From an uncultured Rhodoferax sp. (GTDB lineage Bacteria > Pseudomonadota > Gammaproteobacteria > Burkholderiales > Burkholderiaceae_C), in the NCBI GenBank assembly GCA_964504185.1, contig CAZDDK010000002.1, positions 1-39,984 of the forward strand: DNA of 39,984 nt. The letters run 5' to 3'. This document shows positions 28,085 through 36,550 of the stretch, in pieces. The translations under genes were made by a program, and so were the position numbers. Positions within the stretch are counted from its first letter, which is position 1, and each line of letters starts with the position of its first letter. Below the pieces are notes generated by a model. The model was not told where the DNA came from and ran no database searches. It saw only the letters and a list, made by a program, of their open reading frames with translations.

Positions 28085-28340
28085 ACAAAGCTGTGGATAG
28101 TTCTGGCACAAGCCCCTGCTTATCCACAGGTCGTCGAAAAATCCAAAAGTTGTTCCAGTAAACGTGCAAGCCCGAGCGCATGGTCACGCACAGGCGTTCA
28201 ACGCATGCAAGTCATTGATTTTTATGAAAAAAAATACCTTGTGCACACCAATCTCCAAGCCTTACCTACTACTACTAAGCTATTAATACAGTAATAAGAC
28301 AATAGGACTAAATAAGTGCGGCCCAAAATTTAAAGTTTTC
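28085..28340. other. Probable chromosomal replication origin (oriC)
   Basis: DnaA boxes TGTGGATAG (28092-28100), TTATCCACA (28120-28128), TTGTGCACA (28239-28247); IHF consensus AATCAATGACTTG on minus (28208-28220); CTACTACTACTA trios (28266-28277) after a GCC; AT-rich tract follows. Confidence 0.75.
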
Positions 28341-28483
28341 CCCATGTGCCACGCGTTCCCGGATGACGTGGGAAAAGAAGCCGGTGTGACCATGGTTTTG
28401 GGGCCGTCTATCAAGTAAGATTCGCCGACTTCGGTTCACGCCGTTCTCGTTTTCACGGCACGCTTTCGTAACTATTTCCCTTC

Positions 28484-29281
28484 ATGTCCGTTTCTTCCGC
28501 AGGTCAACGTGCGGGCCAGGTGCCTGCATCCTTTGAAATCAAAAGCGCCCAATTGCCATTGGTGGCGTTGTTGCTGAAGTCCAGCGATGTGGGCCATTTG
28601 TCAGAGGAATTGCTGGCGCGGTTTGGAGCAGAGGGAGAGAGCCCTGATTTTTTTGACCACGATGCCTTGGTGATTGATTTTTCGCATCTGGAGCCCGAAA
28701 CCCCGGTTTTTGACCTGGTTCCTCTGCTCAAGGTGTTGCGCCAGTGCAGCCTGGTGCCCGTGGCGGTGCGCGGCGCGAGCCCGCAAGCCATGGCGGCGGC
28801 ATTGGCCGTGGGACTGGTGGAGGCACCGGTGGAGGTGCACCGGCCGCGCCCGAGTGTGGTCGAACCCAGCGAACCGGTGGTCGCGCAGGAAGTGATACGG
28901 GAAGTGGTACACGAGGTGGTGCGGGAGATACCGGGGCCTGGCACCCTGGTGGTGGACAAACCCTTGCGCTCGGGGCAGAGGGTCTATGCCCGAGGCTGCG
29001 ACCTGGTGGTGCTGGCCATGGTCAACCCCGGAGCCGAAGTAGTGGCCGATGGCAATATTCACGTCTATGCGCCGCTGCGCGGCAAGGCCATGGCAGGTGC
29101 CCGCGGCAACACCCTCGCCCGCATTTTCTCGTTGTGCCTGGAACCTGAGCTGGTTTCCATAGCCGGTATTTACCGCACCAGCGAAAACCCCCTGGCCGCC
29201 GATGTGCACGGCAAGGCCGCCCAGGTGCGCCTGAGCAACGACGGGCAGGACAAGCTCATCGTCGAGCCCCTGAACCCGTAG
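28484..29281 (+). CDS. minC: Septum site-determining protein MinC
   Basis: [45 protein letters not shown]. Confidence 0.96.
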   Translation: MSVSSAGQRAGQVPASFEIKSAQLPLVALLLKSSDVGHLSEELLARFGAEGESPDFFDHDALVIDFSHLEPETPVFDLVPLLKVLRQCSLVPVAVRGASPQAMAAALAVGLVEAPVEVHRPRPSVVEPSEPVVAQEVIREVVHEVVREIPGPGTLVVDKPLRSGQRVYARGCDLVVLAMVNPGAEVVADGNIHVYAPLRGKAMAGARGNTLARIFSLCLEPELVSIAGIYRTSENPLAADVHGKAAQVRLSNDGQDKLIVEPLNP

Positions 29282-29336
29282 CCCCGCACAGCGACTGCAC
29301 CGTTTAACGACATTTCATTGGGAAGCAAACAAGACT

Positions 29337-30152
29337 ATGGCAAAAATCATTGTGGTGACATCGGGCAAGGGTGGTGTGGGCAAGACCACCACCAGCGCCA
29401 GTTTTGCAACCGGCCTGGCCCTGCGTGGGCACAAGACGGCAGTGATCGATTTCGACGTGGGCCTGCGCAACCTGGACCTGATCATGGGCTGCGAACGCCG
29501 CGTGGTGTACGACCTGATCAACGTCATCCAGGGCGAAGCCAACCTGAACCAGGCGCTCATCAAGGACAAGAACAGCGACAACCTGTTTGTGCTGGCCGCC
29601 AGCCAGACGCGCGACAAGGACGCTCTCACGCTGGACGGCGTGGGCAAGATCCTCGAAGACCTGGCGGCAATGGACTTCGAATACATCGTCTGCGATTCAC
29701 CTGCGGGCATCGAAACCGGTGCCCTGATGGCCATGCACTTTGCCGACGAGGCCCTGGTGGTGACCAACCCGGAGGTGTCTTCCGTGCGCGACTCGGACCG
29801 CATTCTGGGCATGCTGGCCAGCAAGACCAAGCGGGCGGTGGAAGGGGCAGAGGCCATCAAGGAACACCTGCTGATTACCCGCTACAACCCGGCCCGCGTG
29901 GACCAGGGGCAGATGCTCTCGCTGGAAGACATTCAGGATATTTTGCGTATCAAGCTCATTGGCGTGATTCCCGAGAGCGAGTCGGTGCTGCAGGCCTCCA
30001 ACCAGGGCGTGCCGGCGGTGCACATGCAAGGCAGCGATGTGTCGGAAGCTTACAAGGATGTGGTCGAGCGTTTCCTGGGCACGGACAAGCCGATGCGTTT
30101 CACCGAGGCCCCCAAGCAGGGCCTGCTCAAGCGTTTGTTCGGAGGGAAATAA
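29337..30152 (+). CDS. minD: Septum site-determining ATPase MinD
   Basis: [26 protein letters not shown]-terminal GLLKRLFGG amphipathic helix. Confidence 0.98.
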   Translation: MAKIIVVTSGKGGVGKTTTSASFATGLALRGHKTAVIDFDVGLRNLDLIMGCERRVVYDLINVIQGEANLNQALIKDKNSDNLFVLAASQTRDKDALTLDGVGKILEDLAAMDFEYIVCDSPAGIETGALMAMHFADEALVVTNPEVSSVRDSDRILGMLASKTKRAVEGAEAIKEHLLITRYNPARVDQGQMLSLEDIQDILRIKLIGVIPESESVLQASNQGVPAVHMQGSDVSEAYKDVVERFLGTDKPMRFTEAPKQGLLKRLFGGK

Positions 30153-30156
30153 GGCC

Positions 30157-30417
30157 ATGTCATTTCTCTCGTTTCTCCTGGGTGAGAAGAAGAAGACCGC
30201 CAGTGTGGCGAAGGAGCGGCTGCAAATCATCCTGGCCCACGAGCGCAGCGGGCGCAATGCCGCCGAGCCCGACTACCTGCCCGCCTTGCAAAAAGAGCTG
30301 GTGGCCGTGATCAGCAAGTACATCAAGATCAACCCCGACGACATCAAGGTGCACCTGGAACGCCAGGACAACCTGGAAGTGCTGGAAGTAAAAATCGAAC
30401 TGCCTGAAAACCGGTAG
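30157..30417 (+). CDS. minE: Cell division topological specificity factor MinE
   Basis: [17 protein letters not shown]...[16 protein letters not shown]. Confidence 0.97.
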   Translation: MSFLSFLLGEKKKTASVAKERLQIILAHERSGRNAAEPDYLPALQKELVAVISKYIKINPDDIKVHLERQDNLEVLEVKIELPENR

Positions 30418-30491
30418 CACCTCCGCGGTCTTTCACGCAATCTGCCTGCGCGTGGCACACTGGGCGTCCGGGCAACGATGGAACACGTGGC

Positions 30492-33400
30492 ATGTCGGTT
30501 TCCCCCGCATTCGACATTCAATTTGGTCAGGCGCTGTGTGACTTGCTGGCAGCGGAGTTGGGCTACGTCTGCAGTTTCATGGCCGGGGCGGGCCACATTG
30601 TGGCGTGCAGCGAGCGCGCTCGCATAGGGCAGTTGCATGCCAAGGCCGCACGCGTTCTGGCGGGCGATTTTGACGAGAGTGAGGTCACCCAGGCCGAGGC
30701 CCAGGCCAGCGGAATCATGCGCGAAGGCCTGAACATGGCCATTGATTTTGGGGGACACCGGCTGGCCTGTTTTGCCATTGCCGGCCCGTTGCAGGCGGTA
30801 AAGCCCATCGCGCGCATTGCGCGATTCTGTGTCTTGTCAATGTTGCGCGCCCGCCAGGAGGGGCGGGCTGACGAAGCGCTTGCTTCACCGGCGGGACTGG
30901 GCCAATTGCTCGGGCAGGCGCATCAAACCATTGAAGGCAGCCTCACGCGATTGCACGATGCGGTAGACAGCATTGAGCAAGGCATTACGGTTTTTGACGC
31001 GGCTTTGCAATTGGTGGTTTGGAACCGACGGTTTCCCGAACTTGTTGGAATACCGTCCGCCCAACTGATTCGAGGCATGGATTTGAAGGATGTTTTGCGT
31101 TTGTATGCGCAACATGCTGGCTACAAAGCGGCACAAACGGACGTGTTAGTCAAAAAAAGGTTGGCTAGGGCGAGGAATGGACGTAGCAGTTTTTTTGAGC
31201 ACGTGAGGTCCAACGGCATGGTGCTGGAAGTGCATGACCGCCGATTGGCCGACGGGGGTTGGGTGTCCACCTACTCCGACGTCACTCGCCGCCACCATGC
31301 GGATGCGGCGCTTCGCCTCGCCTACGATCAGGCCGAACGCCAGGTAGCCGACCAGACGAAAGCCTTGCGCGACTTTGCGGAGCTGTCGGCCGACTGGTTC
31401 TGGACGCAGGACGCCGAGTTGCGCTTCACATCGTTTTCAGGGCGTTCCACGGACAAGCTGCGCCGCACCCAAAGCGATTTCTTTGGCAAACGGCGCTGGG
31501 ACATGCCCATCAGCGGCGTGACCCCCGCGCAATGGGCAGACCATATTGCGGCGTGTGAGCGCCATGAGCCCTTTCGTGATTTCGCCTATGAGATTGCCGC
31601 CAGCGACGGCACGCCGCAGCATTACATGGTCAGTGGCGTGCCGGTGTTTGACGGACAGGGCCGTTTTACCGGCTACCGTGGCACTGGCAGCAATGTGACC
31701 GAGTTGCGCCAGGCCGAACAAACCATTCGCGAGCGGGAGCGCCAGCTGGCGCAAATTGTGGACGGCAGCTCGGTGGCCACCTTTGTGCTGGATGCACAGC
31801 ACCGGGTGACCCATTGGAACCGGGCCTGCGCCATTCTCACCGGTTGGTCGGCCCAGGACATGGTGGGCAGCGAGGAGGCGTGGCGGGCTTTTTTCCCGAC
31901 CGCGCGTCCCACGCTGGCGGATCGGGTGGTAGACGGTTTCATGGACGACGAAGCCCGCGCGCACTATCACCTGCTGCGACCCTCCAGCTTGGTGGCCGAT
32001 GCCTGGGAGGCAGAAAATTTTTATCCCCAGCCGGGTGCCAGTGGACGCTGGCTGTTTTTTTCAGCCGCCCCACTGCGCGATGCGCAGGGTCGGATCTGTG
32101 GGGCCATTGAAACGTTGCAGGACGTATCCGAGCGCCACCGCCAGCAGGTGATATTGGAGGCGCGGGTGGCAGAACGCACCCAGGCGCTCACCCAGCAGTT
32201 GCACTTTCAGCAACAGCTGATGGAGGCCATTCCCAGTCCGGTTTTTTACAAGGATGCGGACGCGCGCTATTTGGGGTGCAACAGCGCCTTCGAACGCTAC
32301 ATTGGGCGCACCAATGACGAGATTGTGGGCAAGACACCGTACGACATTGCACCCCCTGAGCTGGCAGCGGTGTACCTGGCAGCCGACCAGGCCCTGATGC
32401 GGGGACCGGGTGTGCAGATTTATGAGTCCCAGGTCCGCTATGCCGACGGCCAGCTGCGCGACGTCATGTTCCACAAGGCGACCTTCACCAACCCCGACGG
32501 GCGGGTGGGCGGGCTGGTGGGTGTGATGCTGGACATCAGCGAGCGCAAACGCATGGAAGACGACCTGCGCCAGGCCGCCACGGTGTTTGACAACAGCGCA
32601 GAGGGAGTCATCATCGCCACGGGGGAGGGCAGCATCATCGCGGTGAACCGCGCCTTCACCGAGATTACCGGCTACGCGCGCGAGGAGGTCATTGGACGCA
32701 ACCCGCGCATGTTCCAGTCCGGACGGCACGACGCCCATTTTTATCGGACCATGTGGGGGGCGATTCACCAATTCGGCCGCTGGCAAGGGGAGGTGTGGAA
32801 CCGGCGCAAGAACGGTGACGTGTTTCCGCAGTGGATCTCCATTTCTGCTGTCAAGGACGACAGGGGGCGGTTGACCAACTATGTGGCCACCTTCACCGAT
32901 GTCACGCAACAGAAGCTCAGTGAAGAGCGCATCCAGATGCTGGCGTTTTCCGACCCCTTGACCGCCCTGCCCAACCGGCGCTTGCTGCTCGACCGGCTGG
33001 AGCACGCCCTGACGGTGAGCGCGCGCAGCCACTGCCTGGGTGCGCTGTTTTTTATTGACCTGGACAACTTCAAGGCGCTCAACGACTCCCGGGGGCACCA
33101 TGTGGGTGATTTGTTGCTCAAGGAACTGGCGCGCCGCCTGGTGGCCAGTGTGCGCGAGGGCGACACGGTGGCACGCCTGGGCGGGGATGAATTTGTGCTG
33201 ATTCTGGAATCGCTGAGCACGGATGCGCGGGAAGCCACCACGCAGGCCGAACTGGTGGGCCACAAGATTCTGACCGTTCTGTCCGAACCCTGCCTCTTGC
33301 TGGACAGCCCCTACCGCAGCACGGCCAGCGTGGGCGTCACCCTGTTTGGTGGCCAGCAAGGGGGGGTGGACACCTTGCTCAAACAGGCCGATCTGGCGAT

Positions 33401-34259
33401 GTACCGCGCCAAGGCCAACGGGCGCAATGCCCTGCGGTTTTTCGACCCGGAGATGCAGGCGGTGGTCGATGCACGTTTTGCACTGGAGGCCGATCTGCGT
33501 GCAGGCCTGCAGTTGCAGCAGCTGGTGTTGCACTACCAGCCCCAGGTGGATGCCCGCCGGGGCGTGGTGGGGGCGGAGGCACTGGTGCGCTGGATGCACC
33601 CTGGGCGCGGCCTGGTGTCACCCCAGACCTTTATCGGCCTGGCCGAGGAAACCGGCCTCATCGTGCCCTTGGGTGCCTGGGTACTGGACGCCGCGTGCGC
33701 GCAGCTGGCGCGGTGGGCAACGCGTGCCCCCTTCGCCCATTTGTGCCTGGCAGTCAATGTCAGTGCCCAGCAGTTTCGCCAGACGGGTTTTGTGGACCTG
33801 GTGCTGGCAACCTTGCAGCGCCACGGGGTCCACCCCAACCGCCTGAAGTTGGAGCTGACGGAGAGCCTGCTGTTGACCGAGGTGGACGCGGTGATTGCGA
33901 CCATGACCCACCTGAAGGCACAGGGTGTGGGGTTTGCGCTGGATGACTTTGGAACCGGCTATTCGTCGCTGAGTTACCTCAAGCGCCTGCCGTTGGACCA
34001 GCTCAAAATCGACCAGTCCTTCGTGCGCGATGTGCTGGAGGACCCCAATGACGCGGCCATTGCCCGCACCATCATCACCCTGGCACACAGCCTGGCGCTG
34101 GAGGTGGTGGCCGAAGGGGTGGAAACGCCGGAGCAACTGGCGTTCTTGTCGGCCCACGGGTGCGGGGCCTACCAGGGTTACCACTTCAGCCGCCCGTTGG
34201 TGTTGGAAGCGTTTGATGCCTATGTGACGGCCGCCACGGGCAGTCCGGACGCAGTGTGA
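30492..34259 (+). CDS. Multi-sensor c-di-GMP enzyme: CdaR-like sugar-diacid recognition domain, about 5 PAS domains, GGDEF, EAL
   Basis: N-terminal GHIVACSERARIGQLH...REGLNMAI...FAIAGP; repeated PAS/PAC motifs; DPLTALPNRR, RLGGDEF, GAEALVRW, DDFGTGYSSL. Confidence 0.92.
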   Translation: MSVSPAFDIQFGQALCDLLAAELGYVCSFMAGAGHIVACSERARIGQLHAKAARVLAGDFDESEVTQAEAQASGIMREGLNMAIDFGGHRLACFAIAGPLQAVKPIARIARFCVLSMLRARQEGRADEALASPAGLGQLLGQAHQTIEGSLTRLHDAVDSIEQGITVFDAALQLVVWNRRFPELVGIPSAQLIRGMDLKDVLRLYAQHAGYKAAQTDVLVKKRLARARNGRSSFFEHVRSNGMVLEVHDRRLADGGWVSTYSDVTRRHHADAALRLAYDQAERQVADQTKALRDFAELSADWFWTQDAELRFTSFSGRSTDKLRRTQSDFFGKRRWDMPISGVTPAQWADHIAACERHEPFRDFAYEIAASDGTPQHYMVSGVPVFDGQGRFTGYRGTGSNVTELRQAEQTIRERERQLAQIVDGSSVATFVLDAQHRVTHWNRACAILTGWSAQDMVGSEEAWRAFFPTARPTLADRVVDGFMDDEARAHYHLLRPSSLVADAWEAENFYPQPGASGRWLFFSAAPLRDAQGRICGAIETLQDVSERHRQQVILEARVAERTQALTQQLHFQQQLMEAIPSPVFYKDADARYLGCNSAFERYIGRTNDEIVGKTPYDIAPPELAAVYLAADQALMRGPGVQIYESQVRYADGQLRDVMFHKATFTNPDGRVGGLVGVMLDISERKRMEDDLRQAATVFDNSAEGVIIATGEGSIIAVNRAFTEITGYAREEVIGRNPRMFQSGRHDAHFYRTMWGAIHQFGRWQGEVWNRRKNGDVFPQWISISAVKDDRGRLTNYVATFTDVTQQKLSEERIQMLAFSDPLTALPNRRLLLDRLEHALTVSARSHCLGALFFIDLDNFKALNDSRGHHVGDLLLKELARRLVASVREGDTVARLGGDEFVLILESLSTDAREATTQAELVGHKILTVLSEPCLLLDSPYRSTASVGVTLFGGQQGGVDTLLKQADLAMYRAKANGRNALRFFDPEMQAVVDARFALEADLRAGLQLQQLVLHYQPQVDARRGVVGAEALVRWMHPGRGLVSPQTFIGLAEETGLIVPLGAWVLDAACAQLARWATRAPFAHLCLAVNVSAQQFRQTGFVDLVLATLQRHGVHPNRLKLELTESLLLTEVDAVIATMTHLKAQGVGFALDDFGTGYSSLSYLKRLPLDQLKIDQSFVRDVLEDPNDAAIARTIITLAHSLALEVVAEGVETPEQLAFLSAHGCGAYQGYHFSRPLVLEAFDAYVTAATGSPDAV

Positions 34260-34334
34260 ACACGTGGTGGTGCGGTTGCAGCGCTGCGCGGGCGCAGGCG
34301 GACAAGTCTCAGCCCGGTGCCTTGGTCTTGCGCG

Positions 34335-34811
34335 TCAGTCGGCTCGGGTGGAGACGGCCAGCGCCGTTCTGGAAACCACCTGGCGCAGCACGAAGCTGGA
34401 GTGCACCCCGGTCACGCCCTCAATGCGGGTCAGTTTGTCCAGCAGCAGGGCCTGGTAGTGGTCCATGTCGCGCACGGCGACCTTGAGCTGGTAGTCGGCG
34501 TCCTGGCCGGTGATCAAGAGGCACTCCAGTACCTCGGGCAGCAGGCCCACGGTGGCTTCGAAGTTGGCAAAGCGCTCGGGGGTGTGTTTGTCCATGGCAA
34601 TGTGGATCAGCGCCATCAGGGTCAGGCCCAGTTTCTTGGCGTCCAGCAAGGCCCGGTAGCCGACGATCAGGCCCGATTCTTCGAGCGCGCGCACCCGGCG
34701 CAGGCAAGGTGACGGGGACAGGCCAATGCGGTCGGCCAGGTCCTGGTTGGGAAGGCGGCCATCGGCTTGCAAAATTTCCAGGATTTGTCGGTCGTAGCGG
34801 TCCAGTTTCAT
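34335..34811 (-). CDS. Lrp/AsnC family regulator
   Basis: LDRYDRQIL..LQADGR...IGLSPSPCLRRVRALEESGLI, ECLLITG..DY.LK. Confidence 0.94.
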   Translation of the reverse strand: MKLDRYDRQILEILQADGRLPNQDLADRIGLSPSPCLRRVRALEESGLIVGYRALLDAKKLGLTLMALIHIAMDKHTPERFANFEATVGLLPEVLECLLITGQDADYQLKVAVRDMDHYQALLLDKLTRIEGVTGVHSSFVLRQVVSRTALAVSTRAD

Positions 34812-35060
34812 TCTTCTGCTCTAATTAATAGAATTAACAGCAGAGTATGCCAAATGCAGCGGAAATTGTGGCAATAACGCAATTGTCTGCCGTGGCCACC
34901 GGCCTACACTGGAGACCGCTGCCACCCGCGGCAAAAATCCTGCAACACCGGCCACAAGCCACCGTTGCGCAACCCCCTTACCCGGGAGTGCGTTGCAAAG
35001 CCAAGCCTCCCCCGGGCACATCCGCAGCCCGGGGACTGTCTTTCCCCATAATCCATTGTT

Positions 35061-35116
35061 TGCTCATGTTTTTATAGCAAACTATTGTCTCTCTTCGCGG
35101 GCTAGGTCCGCTTTTT
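35061..35116 (+). repeat. Bipartite dispersed motif, copy 5 (overlaps the GATase 3' end)
   Basis: GCTCA(35062)-TGTTTTT-ATAGC-N17-CGCGGGCTAG(35096-35105). Confidence 0.75.
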
Positions 35117-35822
35117 CCTTGGAACCTTCCAGAAAGGCCACGACCATGCGGGCAACATCTTCGCCTTCGTGGCCGTGTTGCAGGCTGTCCCGGCTGGCAT
35201 GGTATTTTTCTTCGCCCAGCAAGGAGCGGCGCTTGTCGATGAGGTGGGCACTCAGGGCTTCTTCAAACTCCGGGTGGGGCTGGATGCAAAACACCGTGTC
35301 GCCCACGGTAAAGGCGGCCACCGGGCAAAAACCGCTGCTGGCCACCAGCCGGGCACCGGGCGGTAGTTCGTGGACCTGGTCCTGGTGGCTGGCCAACAGG
35401 GCAATCTGGGTGCGCTGCGCGCAGTGGGGCAGGTCCGGGCGGTGCCAGTCGTAGGTCATGCGCCCCGCACCCCACCCTTGCGGTGCCCTGCCCACCGGCG
35501 CTCCCAGGCACAGGGCAATGAGCTGGTGGCCAAAGCACACACCGACCATCTTCTTTTTCTGCCGCAGCAACTCGGTCACACGCCGGCGCAATTCCACCAC
35601 CCACGGCTCGTTGGAGAATGAATCGGCCCGGCTGCCCGTGAGCAGCACGGCATCAAAATCGTCGAAGGACGCTGGGTAATGGCCGTGCTGGGTGGTGAAG
35701 ACGTCCACACTCCAGTGCGCCCCCACTTCCTTGAAGAGCCGTATGAACAGCGCACCAAAACTGGAGTAGGTCTCTCCCAGCGGACCTTCGAGGATGTCGT
35801 TGTCGAGAATGCAAAGCCGCAT
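35082..35822 (-). CDS. Class I glutamine amidotransferase-like protein
   Basis: LLTGS, GVCFGHQ nucleophile, SHQDQV, IQPHPEF. ATG 35822 preferred over the 36230 extension. Confidence 0.92.
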   Translation of the reverse strand: MRLCILDNDILEGPLGETYSSFGALFIRLFKEVGAHWSVDVFTTQHGHYPASFDDFDAVLLTGSRADSFSNEPWVVELRRRVTELLRQKKKMVGVCFGHQLIALCLGAPVGRAPQGWGAGRMTYDWHRPDLPHCAQRTQIALLASHQDQVHELPPGARLVASSGFCPVAAFTVGDTVFCIQPHPEFEEALSAHLIDKRRSLLGEEKYHASRDSLQHGHEGEDVARMVVAFLEGSKEKADLAREERQ

Positions 35823-36042
35823 TGCTATCAATATTGAAGCGTGGGAGGTAGAGGTTCTGAGGATTGGGTGCTGTGGATGACGCCAATCGGGGAATTTTAT
35901 AGTGGGCAATCGAGTCCCATGGCGGATAAAAGCCCCCACCATTGGATCAAGCGATAACCCTGGACAGGTAGTACCGTTGAGGGCAGTTTGAAACAATCGT
36001 TGGAACGCCACCCTCTGTGGCGTATTGATTGAAGGAGTCCTT

Positions 36043-36522
36043 ATGAAGTCTGTTTTTGTAGGCGCACTGTTGCTTGGCATCGCGCAGTTGTCGGCGGCCC
36101 AGGGTCCGCAACCCTCTGACCAAGCCTGCGCTTTCACGGTATCCGAGCTCGAAGGCGCACTGGGTGCCAAGCTGGAAGCTGGACGGGGGAGCGAGATGGT
36201 GTTTTCCGGTGGCAAGCAACTGACTTGCACCTACCGTGGGCGGGGCTTGGTGAGCGTGTTGCTGACACAGATGCGCATGGACAATCCGAAGGTTGCGCAA
36301 GAGTCTTACGACCGCTTCAAAGCGGGAACCATGGAGCCCATCGCGGGGGATAAGGACAAAGCGCGTTGGCAGCTCGGGCAAGGTGACCTCACCAATGTGA
36401 CGCTGCACTATCTGCGGTCTGGCACCGACTACCAAGTGCGGGTGAGCGGCATCAACTCCAAGGACGATCGCGCAGTGGACTCCATGCGGGCGCGGGTGCT
36501 CACACTCAGACGCCTGCCGTAA
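36043..36522 (+). CDS. Exported hypothetical protein with two Cys
   Basis: AAGGAG RBS, signal peptide, AC...CTY pair. Confidence 0.75.
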   Translation: MKSVFVGALLLGIAQLSAAQGPQPSDQACAFTVSELEGALGAKLEAGRGSEMVFSGGKQLTCTYRGRGLVSVLLTQMRMDNPKVAQESYDRFKAGTMEPIAGDKDKARWQLGQGDLTNVTLHYLRSGTDYQVRVSGINSKDDRAVDSMRARVLTLRRLP

Positions 36523-36550
36523 AAATTTTGCCTCGAATCGGCTACAGCGT

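Noticed and set aside
28889-28930. 12-bp imperfect tandem repeat in minC ([14 protein letters not shown])
   Set aside because: Low-complexity interdomain linker; not an array.
3865-35493. KOPS-like GGGNAGGG polarity as support for oriC
   Set aside because: Copies I spotted left of 28.2 kb are all on the minus strand (3865, 9069, 18428, 22555, 22570), but those on the right are mixed (32622 plus; 32965 and 35486 minus). Too few to be evidence.
35824-35870. Possible sixth copy of the bipartite motif (GCTAT-N7-GAAGC)
   Set aside because: Second arm mismatched and no CGCGGGCTAG block at the expected distance.
35823-36230. N-terminal extensions in the ORF track (GATase, amt, FNT, hydrolase, rdgC)
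   Set aside because: They overlap promoters, neighbouring genes or the oriC-like region; downstream starts fit family N-termini better.
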